IMG/VR virus record: IMGVR_UViG_3300046131_000022
Span: 9,146 to 73,145 of that record
Length of the DNA stretch: 64,000 nucleotides
Reading direction: 5' to 3' (one strand)
DNA from: a virus
Taxonomy: Duplodnaviria > Caudoviricetes
Shown: positions 34,351 through 43,753 of the stretch, in pieces
Layout: each line of letters starts with the position of its first letter
How positions within the stretch are numbered: the first letter of the stretch is position 1
Made by a program: the position numbers and the translations under genes
The notes under the pieces: model-generated
Databases searched by the model: none
What the model was told of the DNA's origin: nothing
What the model saw: only the letters and a program-made list of their open reading frames with translations

Positions 34351-34638
34351 ATGCAAGAAGTTAAACAAACACAACTGAAACCTACAGGTTCACGAGTTCT
34401 TGTTAAAATTAAAGACGTTGAATCAGCAACCAAAGGTGGTATCGTTTTAGTTGAATCAGCTCAAGACAAACCACAAACAGGGGAAGTTTTAGCTTTAGGT
34501 TCAGATCAACACAATTTCGTAGTCCAAGTTGGGGACTTAATCACCTTTGGTCAATTTGCAGGTATGAAAATTGAACACCAAGGGGAGGAATTTTTACTTA
34601 TCAAAGAACAGGATATTTTAGCAATTATTGAAAAATAA
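34351..34638 (+). CDS. groES: Co-chaperonin GroES
   Basis: LKPTGSRVLVK, mobile loop TKGGIVL, GEVLALG, VGD.I.F..FAG, LLIKEQDILAII. Confidence 0.95.
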   Translation: MQEVKQTQLKPTGSRVLVKIKDVESATKGGIVLVESAQDKPQTGEVLALGSDQHNFVVQVGDLITFGQFAGMKIEHQGEEFLLIKEQDILAIIEK

Positions 34639-34642
34639 ATTG

Positions 34643-34734
34643 TTGACGTATTAATTCTTGTCCTGTACTTTATTAAATAAGAATTTACCCGACAAGAAAA
34701 TTCTACGAGTGACTTTAAAAGTCACTCGTTTTTT
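34643..34734 (+). promoter_or_regulatory. Sigma70-type promoter, leader hairpin and terminator
   Basis: TTGACG-17 bp-TACTTT; hairpin 34680-704; 10-bp hairpin 34705-29 plus T6. Confidence 0.6.
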
Positions 34735-34758
34735 ATACCCTAAATTAAGGAAGCAAAA

Positions 34759-34989
34759 ATGATTAACCAATTAAGCAATCAGCAAATTCGAGAAATTCTT
34801 GAAAAAGAGTTACAGAACGACGCTGTAAAAAATGTATTCCAGTTAGCAAACCCATACAATTTTAGCGTAAACCCAGACACAGATAATTATGTGGATATGT
34901 ATAACGAAATTGTTTTTGATGTTTTCGCTTTAGGACTAAAACATGGTTTAACCTTAGCCAATGAAGATCACTTAGAGGATTCAAAATAA
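34759..34989 (+). CDS. Hypothetical protein
   Basis: 76 aa, AAGGA RBS. Confidence 0.65.
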   Translation: MINQLSNQQIREILEKELQNDAVKNVFQLANPYNFSVNPDTDNYVDMYNEIVFDVFALGLKHGLTLANEDHLEDSK

Positions 34990-36020
34990 TGTTAAAAAGA
35001 AATCCAACAGTGGTTATAGGGACTACAGCAATGAAAACTGTGGGTGATGCTCATTTAGGAAAAGTGTTTAAAAACAATATCTTACTACATCGTAGAGGAG
35101 AATTTGAAAAAACCCAAGTTGAAAAACTAAAGGAAGAAATTTCAGATATTACGATGTTCGGGATGGAAAATATTAATGAGTATTTACGATGCCAAGTAGG
35201 CGATTGGTTCGATAAATCTGTTGTTTCAAATCAAGCTGTATTAACATCATACGAAATCCTAAAAACGTATGAAGAAAATGATTCAACACCCTTATTCATC
35301 ATTTCTGGCAACCATGATGACAGTAAATCTCTTTCTGAACCCACATCATGGGATATTTTATCCAAATTTTTTATTGATTCAAACACAATTAAGTTTGTTA
35401 AAGATTGGCACGTACATACAACCAATTGTGGAAAACAGATTTTATTTGTTGGATGGAATATATCTAATGGTGTTGCCTTATCTTTCCTACAAGCAGTGGA
35501 AGCAGGGTTTAACAATATCCGAATGGTTGTGTGTCATCTTGATCGTATTAGCTATGGTGACGAAACCAATGTAATACCTTACGATTTTTTGAAAGAAAAA
35601 GGTGTTGAATGTGTTGTTTCTGGGCATGAACATAAACCTTATTTTTTCAATGAAGGGAATATGAAAATCATCGGTACTGGATCACTTTTACCTTATAACC
35701 ATGCCGAGGATCCAGAGGATGAACACTTTATCACCTTCAAAAGTTTAGAAGGTTTACTTGATTTTGGTATAGCCAATTTGGTTGATAAACATGTTCGGAT
35801 CTACACAGATCAAGTTGAGTATATTCCAGAATTAGATTGTTTAAGTTTGCAAGTGCACAAAATGGAAGCTCTAACTTCTGAAGAAGATTTCAAAGAAGTA
35901 ATTATAGAATCTTATAATGCTAAAAGTGTTTTTGAAGCTGCAGCAAAAGAAACTGGTTTAAATATTGAATCCACTAAAATATTGTGGGATGAGATTAGTA
36001 TTCAAGGATGTGATGAATGA
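34989..36020 (+). CDS. sbcD: SbcD/Mre11-like metallophosphoesterase nuclease
   Basis: GDAHLG, GDWFD, GNHD, HLD, GHEH motifs; upstream of SbcC-like gene. Confidence 0.88.
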   Translation: MLKRNPTVVIGTTAMKTVGDAHLGKVFKNNILLHRRGEFEKTQVEKLKEEISDITMFGMENINEYLRCQVGDWFDKSVVSNQAVLTSYEILKTYEENDSTPLFIISGNHDDSKSLSEPTSWDILSKFFIDSNTIKFVKDWHVHTTNCGKQILFVGWNISNGVALSFLQAVEAGFNNIRMVVCHLDRISYGDETNVIPYDFLKEKGVECVVSGHEHKPYFFNEGNMKIIGTGSLLPYNHAEDPEDEHFITFKSLEGLLDFGIANLVDKHVRIYTDQVEYIPELDCLSLQVHKMEALTSEEDFKEVIIESYNAKSVFEAAAKETGLNIESTKILWDEISIQGCDE

Positions 36021-36232
36021 ATAAATCAACAGAATTACTCATCAAAAGCTCAACAAGCGGTTTCATTCTAGCCTTAATGGTTATTCTTGTTGGATCTATG
36101 CAACTACTTATGAAACAACCAGAGGACAGCGCAATTTATATTTGTTGCTGTTTCGCTTTAGGTTGGAATATCTACAGTGTTATCAGTGACAACATTAAAA
36201 CATACATTCAACTAAATAAGGAATCTAAATAA
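36017..36232 (+). CDS. Two-TM membrane protein between nuclease subunits
   Basis: 71 aa, two hydrophobic segments, coupled to both neighbours. Confidence 0.6.
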   Translation: MNKSTELLIKSSTSGFILALMVILVGSMQLLMKQPEDSAIYICCCFALGWNIYSVISDNIKTYIQLNKESK

Positions 36233-38383
36233 ATGATTCATCAAATAGCCCTAAAAAACTGGCATAAACATCATAATAAGACTTTCAAATTTACTGAAGG
36301 TCTTAATCTTATACGAGGTGAAAATGAAGCTGGAAAATCTCTTATTTTGGAAGCTATTGACTTTGCTTTACACGGCAGCGATGCTTTGCGTCTACCTGTC
36401 AGCTTTTACCCTAATAATCTTAATGTGGTTTTGCATCTTTCCATTAATGGTGTTGAGTATATTATTAACAGAACCCCTAAAAAAGCGGAGCTTTTTATTT
36501 CGGGTTCTGAATCTCCGATTGCGTCTGGAACTAAGCCAGTTAATGCTGAGATCAGAAAAGTGCTAGGTTATAGCCGAAACGTTTTCTTGGTATCAAATTA
36601 CAGCTCACAAGACTCAATTAATTACATTTCCACTTTAAAACCTGCAGAAAGAAAACGCACCATCGACAACGTGGTAGGTTTAACTGCAGTGGAAACAGTT
36701 ATTGCTGAACATAAGACAGAACTAACTTTTCTAAATAGACAACAAGGCATGGTTCAAGCACAAGAAGTTTTAGAACCAAATAAACCAAAAGGGTTTAAAC
36801 AAACAAACACTGCAGACTTAATTGATTCTTGCAATAAGCAGATCCTTACCTACCAAAATGAGGTTGCTGTTCAAGAAAGCCTTAAAGAGCAACACATTAA
36901 CTTAGAAAAGAATAAACCTGTAAAATTGATAGGTTTAGACCTCTCTGGTTTTATCGAAGGTTTAACAGAGCAAAAAATAGCTGAGACAAACAGCCAAATT
37001 GCTTCTTTAAGCAGACAACTCATTTCTGTTAAGCAAGAACTTAACTCTTTAAAAGAGGTCGTCAAACCTCAAGAACCTTCTAAAGCCAAAATAATTCCTA
37101 ATCTTACGGATGATTATGTTTTTAAACTTAGACGTAAAAGACAAGAATTAACCACCGCTTGGGATTTTGTGACTAAAGAACTTTTAAACACTATACAAAT
37201 AAAACACAGCTATAGTATTTCTCACATTGAAGAAACCAAAAAACAGGAAAATCTTTACCAAGATTGGTTAGCTTTAAAAAAATTAAAAGCGTCTGGTTCA
37301 GTGGATTGCAACCATTGTGGGAATACTGTTTTCTTAGCTCAGGAATCTATCTCAACACATTACGCTCACGTTCCAGAGGTGGTTGAGCCTGTCGTTAAAT
37401 CTTCTACAGAAATGGAAAAACACAACGCTTTTGTTATTGAACAAACAGAGAAACGTAACAAATTAAAAGGGGAGAAATATCTACTCGAAGTAGAACTGGC
37501 TTCATTTAATCAAGAACACCCTACTGAAAATCAGATAGTTGAACATCTTGAAGCGGTTTCAGCTTGCACTATATTTGAAAAAGCAGATGTAGAATACAAG
37601 CACTATTTAGAACGTAAGAAAAACTTAGAGAACCAGTGTGTTGAGTTAGAAAAAGCTCTAAACCCATATAGATCTTGGTATTCAAACGATCAAATAGAAC
37701 ATCACCGATTGGCTTGCAAAAATATGGAGCTACAGCAAAAAAATGAACAAAGTATCCAACAGTGGCAAACCACCAAGGATTCTTTGAAAGAATATATTGG
37801 TGAAGATTTAGTTAATCAGAAAAGAAACTATATTCTGAAATTACAACAGGATGTAAAAGGTTACATAGAAAATCAGGATTCTTGGATTACTTATGAACAA
37901 GATTTAAATAAGTTTAATTCTTGGAAAACCCAACTGGATGAGGTTAAAAAAGAAGTTGATTCTGAAAAGCTTCAAATCGAAACGTTGAATCTTTATAAAC
38001 AAAAGATAAAAACAGCTATCTTACCAAGTGTGAACGCTGTTGCAAGCCAATGGTTAAACCGAATGTCGGATGGGAAACATAGCAAGATTGAATTAACCGA
38101 TTCAATGGATATTTTAGTTAGTGGTGAACCTATCGAAGCCTTATCCATTTCAGGTAGAGCTTTAGGTCATTTAAGTTTGAGAATGGCTTTAGGTCAAGTA
38201 TTAACTAACCATGTTTTTCCTGTTTTTATGGCTGACGAAGTGGATGCTTCTATGCGTAATGAACGAGGTCAAAAGGTTTTAGATGCTTTATACGATACGT
38301 TAAAAGGATCTATGAAACAAATTATTATGATTAGTCACCGTGAACTTGAAGTTGAACGTGTGAGCAATTTTATTGAGGTTTAA
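36233..38383 (+). CDS. sbcC: SbcC/Rad50-like ATPase
   Basis: Walker A GENEAGKS, coiled coil with CNHC hook, signature LSISG, Walker B MADEVD, H-loop ISH. Confidence 0.9.
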   Translation: MIHQIALKNWHKHHNKTFKFTEGLNLIRGENEAGKSLILEAIDFALHGSDALRLPVSFYPNNLNVVLHLSINGVEYIINRTPKKAELFISGSESPIASGTKPVNAEIRKVLGYSRNVFLVSNYSSQDSINYISTLKPAERKRTIDNVVGLTAVETVIAEHKTELTFLNRQQGMVQAQEVLEPNKPKGFKQTNTADLIDSCNKQILTYQNEVAVQESLKEQHINLEKNKPVKLIGLDLSGFIEGLTEQKIAETNSQIASLSRQLISVKQELNSLKEVVKPQEPSKAKIIPNLTDDYVFKLRRKRQELTTAWDFVTKELLNTIQIKHSYSISHIEETKKQENLYQDWLALKKLKASGSVDCNHCGNTVFLAQESISTHYAHVPEVVEPVVKSSTEMEKHNAFVIEQTEKRNKLKGEKYLLEVELASFNQEHPTENQIVEHLEAVSACTIFEKADVEYKHYLERKKNLENQCVELEKALNPYRSWYSNDQIEHHRLACKNMELQQKNEQSIQQWQTTKDSLKEYIGEDLVNQKRNYILKLQQDVKGYIENQDSWITYEQDLNKFNSWKTQLDEVKKEVDSEKLQIETLNLYKQKIKTAILPSVNAVASQWLNRMSDGKHSKIELTDSMDILVSGEPIEALSISGRALGHLSLRMALGQVLTNHVFPVFMADEVDASMRNERGQKVLDALYDTLKGSMKQIIMISHRELEVERVSNFIEV

Positions 38384-38421
38384 TTACTCTAAATTAACCT
38401 AATAATTTATTAAACAACCGA

Positions 38422-38485
38422 TTGACAAAATAGAACTTACTGATTAATCTTAAATCCAAACACCACCATAGCGTGGTGTTTTCTT
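38422..38485 (+). promoter_or_regulatory. Sigma70-type promoter with hairpin at +1
   Basis: TTGACA-17 bp-TAATCT; AAACACCAC/GTGGTGTTT 38458-81. Confidence 0.7.
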
Positions 38486-38511
38486 TACCCTAACTTTTTG
38501 AGGACAAATAA

Positions 38512-39243
38512 ATGTCTAAATCTCCACCAGAAAATGTTGCTTTAAACCTAGATTTAATCAAACCATTGGGTGCTGCACAACTCTCTAAATTTATTAACCT
38601 TCGTGCAGGTCGAACACCACTGGTACTTGCAAGTGCTCAAAGTGTTATTAATCAATTCAACTTGATTGAATCTGAATTAGAAGAAGGAAAAATGGCTGCA
38701 GCAGCAGGTGATTTAGATGGTGTTCGTGACGCTGTTTGCGACATTGTTCTACTCGCCTTTGGTCAAGAAGGACACATAGATGGTCTTAACTTAGACGCTG
38801 ATTTTAAAACCATGTGTGCGTACAACATGACTCGTATTCCGCAAACGATTGAAGAAGCGGAAGAAACTAAAGAAAAGTATAAAAAACTTGGTATTGAAAC
38901 TGAAGCAAAAACAATTTATTTAAACCTACCTCAATTTGAGGGTTATTTATACCCTGTAGTTTGCGTAAATAAGGATCAATGGGATTCTAAAGGAAACCAC
39001 TATCCACCAAATAAATTTGTAAAATCTGTTAAATTTCAAGATGCTGCTTTTGAAACCATTGAAGGTGTAGCGATTGAAGTTGAAGAAAACCTAACTGGTT
39101 TAGGCAACTTAATCACAGAACCAATGGTTGATTTATTTTTAAAAGAATTAAGTTCTTGGGAACAAGATGATGCTACCGATGGTTCTAGTTATGAAGAATT
39201 TATTGTTGACATGAAAACTCGCTTGGTTGGGAAACGTGCATAA
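38512..39243 (+). CDS. MazG-like / PRA-PH nucleotide pyrophosphohydrolase
   Basis: ESELEEG...VRDAVCD acidic motif, N.TRIP; beside thyX and RNR. Confidence 0.7.
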   Translation: MSKSPPENVALNLDLIKPLGAAQLSKFINLRAGRTPLVLASAQSVINQFNLIESELEEGKMAAAAGDLDGVRDAVCDIVLLAFGQEGHIDGLNLDADFKTMCAYNMTRIPQTIEEAEETKEKYKKLGIETEAKTIYLNLPQFEGYLYPVVCVNKDQWDSKGNHYPPNKFVKSVKFQDAAFETIEGVAIEVEENLTGLGNLITEPMVDLFLKELSSWEQDDATDGSSYEEFIVDMKTRLVGKRA

Positions 39244-40157
39244 TGAAAAATAATCAAATCAATGTAGAAAGAATTAAAGAGCATGTTGACGAAATGGGTT
39301 CTGACCTTCCGATGTATGCCAAAATTATTGAAGCTTCAAAGTGCATCGAAACAGGCGCAAAATTAGTTACCTTTGAACTATTTTTCCCACGTTGGATTTT
39401 AGCTGAACAAAATACACACCGTATTTTTTCACGTAACACTGGATCAAGTCGAGCAATCCCATTGGTTCGTATGCTTCGCTCTTTGTGGAATACCCCTGCA
39501 GTACCTTTCTTTTGGGGTGCAAATAAAGCTGGAATGCAATCTGCAGAGGATCTACCATTCTGGAAGGCTAAGTTATGCAACTTGGCTTGGTCAGTTCATC
39601 GTTTAGTAACTTTCGGAACAGTTTATTTTTTAAATAAAATGGGGTTACACAAGCAATGGGCTAATCGACTTCTTGAACCTCACACGTATATTCGCCAAGT
39701 GGTGACTTCTTCAGATTGGGACAATTATTTGAATCTTCGTTTACACGATGACGCTCAACCTGAAATTATTGCTCTTGCTTATTTAATGAAGAAAGCACTT
39801 GACAATTGTGTTTTTAGATCAGTGTCTAATACACACAAAGAGAACGCACTGCGTTGGCATTTACCGTATGTAACTTTTGAAGAAAGAACACAGAATCAAG
39901 GTGAACCATATTACCTAGTAAGGTTATCTGCTGCTCGTTGTGCTAGAACCAGTTATTTAAATCAGGAAGGTATGATTCCAAATCCTGAAAAAGAACTACT
40001 TACGTTCAACAAACTGGTTGGTTCTGAACCAATCCATGCTTCAACACTTGAACATCAGGCTTACGCTGCAAAAAGTAAAGATTATCAATCACGAAACTTT
40101 AAAGGTTTTCATCAATTTAGAAAATTTTTTGAAGAAAACCGAAACCAATTTATTTAA
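39243..40157 (+). CDS. thyX: Flavin-dependent thymidylate synthase
   Basis: THRIFSRNTGSSRAIP signature, HKQWANRLLEP, LRLH..AQPEI. Confidence 0.88.
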   Translation: MKNNQINVERIKEHVDEMGSDLPMYAKIIEASKCIETGAKLVTFELFFPRWILAEQNTHRIFSRNTGSSRAIPLVRMLRSLWNTPAVPFFWGANKAGMQSAEDLPFWKAKLCNLAWSVHRLVTFGTVYFLNKMGLHKQWANRLLEPHTYIRQVVTSSDWDNYLNLRLHDDAQPEIIALAYLMKKALDNCVFRSVSNTHKENALRWHLPYVTFEERTQNQGEPYYLVRLSAARCARTSYLNQEGMIPNPEKELLTFNKLVGSEPIHASTLEHQAYAAKSKDYQSRNFKGFHQFRKFFEENRNQFI

Positions 40158-40177
40158 TCTCAATCAGGAAGACCCTT

Positions 40178-40537
40178 ATGACGGAAATACACGTAAAGAC
40201 AACAGTTGATGTCCCAACTAAAAAGCAAGAGGTTAAAGCAGAAATGCTTAATGTAATTTATGGTTATGAAAAACTTGCAGGTATTTTAGAAAAAGCCCTT
40301 GACCAAGCGCAGAATGGTAAAGGAAATGAACGTCATCAAGTTGGCGGTGCTCCTTTTCATAAGCAACCTATTTGCGAACTGGGTCGTTTATACGGTACTG
40401 GCTATAACTTTGGTCAAGCTGCTAAAAAAGCCCATGAAACAGGTCAGTTAGCGACTAAAGAAGCTAAATTAAATGAGCTGTATGGAGCTATTAATTATTT
40501 AGCTGCTGCAGCAATCTTAATTGCAGAAGAAGAATAA
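40178..40537 (+). CDS. Conserved phage hypothetical protein of nucleotide-metabolism clusters
   Basis: QA..GKG.ERH....F..QP.....G.G...GQA.KK..E pattern. Confidence 0.7.
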   Translation: MTEIHVKTTVDVPTKKQEVKAEMLNVIYGYEKLAGILEKALDQAQNGKGNERHQVGGAPFHKQPICELGRLYGTGYNFGQAAKKAHETGQLATKEAKLNELYGAINYLAAAAILIAEEE

Positions 40538-40603
40538 ACTTAAAGTCAAGACTGTTTTTTACCTTAAATTTCCATTAAATTAGAGGTTATAAGTCTACAA
40601 AAC

Positions 40604-40634
40604 GGACGCTATATTGCGTCCGTTTCTTCTATGG
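40604..40634 (+). terminator. Hairpin upstream of nrdA
   Basis: AAACGGACGC-TATATT-GCGTCCGTTT-CTTCT. Confidence 0.5.
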
Positions 40635-40644
40635 GTAAATAATT

Positions 40645-42666
40645 ATGTTATTAGAACAGCATATAGATCTTTCACGAGATCAATTGCTCACACACTTCGG
40701 CACAGAAACCTTAAAAGATCGCTACCTAAAACCAAATGAAACAAGTCCTCAACATGCTTTTATGCGTACAGCCTTAGCTTTTTCTTCAAATGAAGAACAT
40801 GCTTTGCGTATGTACGATTATGCCAGCAAGCAATGGATTGGTTTTGCTTCACCAGTATTGTCAAATGCTCCAGTAAGGACCAAGTTTTCAAAGGAATGGT
40901 CAAAAAACTTTTCTGCAGCTTGTTATGAATCAGTCCTTGGTGCTTTACCAATTTCGTGCTTCGTTGGTTATGTTGGTGATTCTCGTGAACAAATTGGTTT
41001 CCATTATTATGAACAACTTTGGTTAGCTTCGGGCGGTGGCGGTTACAAGGCTTATTGGGGAGATCTTCGCCCTGTAAACTCAACAACTTCTACAGGTTCA
41101 AAAACAGGCGGTTTAATTCCCTTCTTTCATGTAACTGACGGCATGATCGTATCCACGCACCAAGGTAATAATCGTAGAGGTGTTTACGGTGGATCTATTC
41201 GAGATAATCATCCAGAAATTATGGAGTTTATAGATTCAAGAAAAATGTCTGGTGACAACAATAAAAGATCCAGAAACGTGTTCCAAACAGTAAACATTTC
41301 TGACTCTTTCATGTACGCTGTTTTACAGGATGCTAACTGGGCTTTAGTGGATCATGAAGGTAATACTGTTGAAGTCATTAAAGCCAGAAGCTTATGGGAA
41401 AAAATTCTTGACAATCCGTTCGAAATTGGTTGCCCATTCATCCATTGGATTGATAACTCCAACGACATGATGCCAAGTGTTCAAAAAGCATTAGGTTTAC
41501 GTGTTAATACTGTTAATATCTGCACAGAAATTACACTTGCTACAGATGAATTTAGAACAGCCGTTTGTTGTTTATCGTCTCTAAATCATTTAAAACGTGA
41601 CGAATGGTTCAACAATAAACAATTTATTGCTGACTGTGTTGAGTTCTTGGACAACGTGCTTGAATATTTTATTCAAAACGCTATTTATGCTTGCACAAAA
41701 GATTTCCATTGGGCAGAACTCAAAGATACAATTCGTGTAGATTTGGCTGAAGCAATTTTCGGCAAGAGCGAAGACTCGGAAAATTCTCTTTCTAAAGCAA
41801 TAAAATCCGAAGTAAATAAAGAATTTATTGATTTAGAACCAATTGTAGAACGTATGGCTCACAACATTGTTGAAAAACATATTATGGGTTATAAAAAAGC
41901 AGTTTATTCTGCCAAACGTGAAAGAGCGATTGGTTTAGGTATGATGGGTCTTGATTCATACTTCATGGCAAACCAGATTGCTTATGAATCTCAAGAAGCT
42001 GTTGCGATCACACACAACACTTTTAAATGGGTAAAAGAGTCTGCTGTTGAAGCGTCATTAAAGTTGGGTTCTTTACGTGGTGAAGCTCCAGATATGCAAG
42101 GCACAGGACGAAGAAATTCCCATTTGCTTGCCGTAGCCCCAACCGCAACAAACTCTACAATTGCAGGTGGTATTTCTCCAGCTTTGGAAAAGCGATACAA
42201 AAACATATTTCCACAAAAAACCAAGTCGGGTACTTTCCAAGTCATCGAACCTGCAGCTATGGCGTTATTGGACAAATATAATATAAATAACCCTGAAACA
42301 ATTAAGTTGATAAAAGATAGCGGTGGTTCGGTTCAAGCTATTAAAGAATTTACAGATCATGAACGTAAATATTTAAAAACAGCTTTTGAAATTGATCAGA
42401 TGTGGGTCGTAGAACACGCTGCTGCTGCTCAACCTCACGTATGTCAAGCAATATCTGTAAATTTATTTATTTTACCAGGTACGCCTAGAAAATATGTAAA
42501 TGCCTTACATTTCAAAATGTGGGAAAAAGGTTTGAAATCTCGTTACTATTGCAGAACAGAAGCGTTAAATAATAATGATGCTTTCGCTGACTATATAAAA
42601 ATCACCAACACTATTGATTATGACAGACCAAACCTTTTTGAAGAATGTTTGGCTTGTGGGGGTTAA
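40645..42666 (+). CDS. nrdA: Ribonucleotide reductase class Ia alpha subunit (no ATP cone)
   Basis: FASPVLSN, PISCF, NICTEI thiyl Cys, APTAT, KSRYY, C-terminal CLAC. Confidence 0.93.
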   Translation: MLLEQHIDLSRDQLLTHFGTETLKDRYLKPNETSPQHAFMRTALAFSSNEEHALRMYDYASKQWIGFASPVLSNAPVRTKFSKEWSKNFSAACYESVLGALPISCFVGYVGDSREQIGFHYYEQLWLASGGGGYKAYWGDLRPVNSTTSTGSKTGGLIPFFHVTDGMIVSTHQGNNRRGVYGGSIRDNHPEIMEFIDSRKMSGDNNKRSRNVFQTVNISDSFMYAVLQDANWALVDHEGNTVEVIKARSLWEKILDNPFEIGCPFIHWIDNSNDMMPSVQKALGLRVNTVNICTEITLATDEFRTAVCCLSSLNHLKRDEWFNNKQFIADCVEFLDNVLEYFIQNAIYACTKDFHWAELKDTIRVDLAEAIFGKSEDSENSLSKAIKSEVNKEFIDLEPIVERMAHNIVEKHIMGYKKAVYSAKRERAIGLGMMGLDSYFMANQIAYESQEAVAITHNTFKWVKESAVEASLKLGSLRGEAPDMQGTGRRNSHLLAVAPTATNSTIAGGISPALEKRYKNIFPQKTKSGTFQVIEPAAMALLDKYNINNPETIKLIKDSGGSVQAIKEFTDHERKYLKTAFEIDQMWVVEHAAAAQPHVCQAISVNLFILPGTPRKYVNALHFKMWEKGLKSRYYCRTEALNNNDAFADYIKITNTIDYDRPNLFEECLACGG

Positions 42667-42670
42667 TTGA

Positions 42671-43717
42671 ATGCCACATATTAAACATGAAGATCTTACC
42701 TTAACTTCAACAAGACCATACTATCAACCATTTAAATATCAATGGGCTTATGATTTTGCTGAAGAACATCGTCGCATGAACTGGACAAAAGAAGAAGTCA
42801 GAACACTACATGAAGATATTGCAGATTGGAAAGCAATGTCTGAAACAGAACGTGCACCAAGGCAATTCCTGTTAAATTACTTTGTTCAAGCCGATGTAGA
42901 CGTTGGTGCTTCTTATTTTGATAATTTAGCCAGATGGTATAAGCAAACCGAACTTAGAATGGCAATTGGTCGAATTATTGATCGTGAAATGACTCATGTA
43001 GATAATTATGCCTTACTTCCTGATCAGTTTTGCATTCCATTAACAGAATACGCTGAAATGTTGAAGATTGATGAAGTTGCCGAACAGCACGACTTCATGA
43101 TTCAGCAAGCCCAAAGTGACGATATTTATCAACGCTTAGCCACTATCTGCCGACATATTTGTGGTGAAGGTATCGGGTTGTATGGTATTTTTCTAATGCT
43201 TTTGAATGATCAACGCTTTGGTCGAATGAAATCATTAGGTCAAGAAATTGTTTCTTGGTCTTCTCGTGATGAAAACCACCATTGTTTTTTCCTGACCAAA
43301 TTGTTCAATACTGAAATCGAAGAAAACACAGACTATATTAAACGAAATATTGATTTGTTAGAAAATATGGTTGTGCAAATGTTTAAAAACTCAGTTACTC
43401 GTGGTGTAAATTATGCCAAAGCTGTGTATGAGCGTGGGGAACTTCCAGATTTAACTATTGATCAAATCGAAATGTTTTTAAAACAATTAGCCGATGTTCG
43501 GGTTAAGAAATTAAACTTGGGTATTGAAACTATCTATGGTACTTCTAATATTTTAGAGTTAGATTGGGCTACTATGTTGTTCTCTGGTTCTTTAGATAAT
43601 TTCTTTGAAACTGCAGGGACTAATTATCAGATAGGTGCTTTAACTGGAGAATGGGAATACCCTCCAGTAAGTTTTAAAAAAGATTCACACAAATATTTAG
43701 ATCTTATGAACACCTAA
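42671..43717 (+). CDS. nrdB: Ribonucleotide reductase class Ia beta subunit
   Basis: PFKYQWA, W..EE, QAD, REMTHVDNY, EG, RDENHH, NFFE motifs. Confidence 0.93.
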   Translation: MPHIKHEDLTLTSTRPYYQPFKYQWAYDFAEEHRRMNWTKEEVRTLHEDIADWKAMSETERAPRQFLLNYFVQADVDVGASYFDNLARWYKQTELRMAIGRIIDREMTHVDNYALLPDQFCIPLTEYAEMLKIDEVAEQHDFMIQQAQSDDIYQRLATICRHICGEGIGLYGIFLMLLNDQRFGRMKSLGQEIVSWSSRDENHHCFFLTKLFNTEIEENTDYIKRNIDLLENMVVQMFKNSVTRGVNYAKAVYERGELPDLTIDQIEMFLKQLADVRVKKLNLGIETIYGTSNILELDWATMLFSGSLDNFFETAGTNYQIGALTGEWEYPPVSFKKDSHKYLDLMNT

Positions 43718-43727
43718 AGAAAGCATT

Positions 43728-43753
43728 AAAAAGCCCTCAATTGAGGGCTTTTT
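43728..43753. terminator. Bidirectional terminator between convergent arms
   Basis: Perfect palindrome AAAAAGCCCTCAATTGAGGGCTTTTT. Confidence 0.9.

Noticed and set aside
40604-40634. NrdR box upstream of nrdA
   Set aside because: The palindrome is too short in the centre for the 16-bp consensus and is better explained as an RNA hairpin.
2102-42275. Many short minus-strand ORFs in the left arm (and plus-strand ORFs from 46017 onward)
   Set aside because: All lie antisense to well-supported genes and lack RBS or motifs; treated as shadow ORFs.
30226-43717. Introns or inteins in pol, nrdA or nrdB
   Set aside because: Frames are continuous, sizes are normal, and no intein or homing-endonuclease motifs are seen; the ~65-aa nrdA insert looks like a helical loop.
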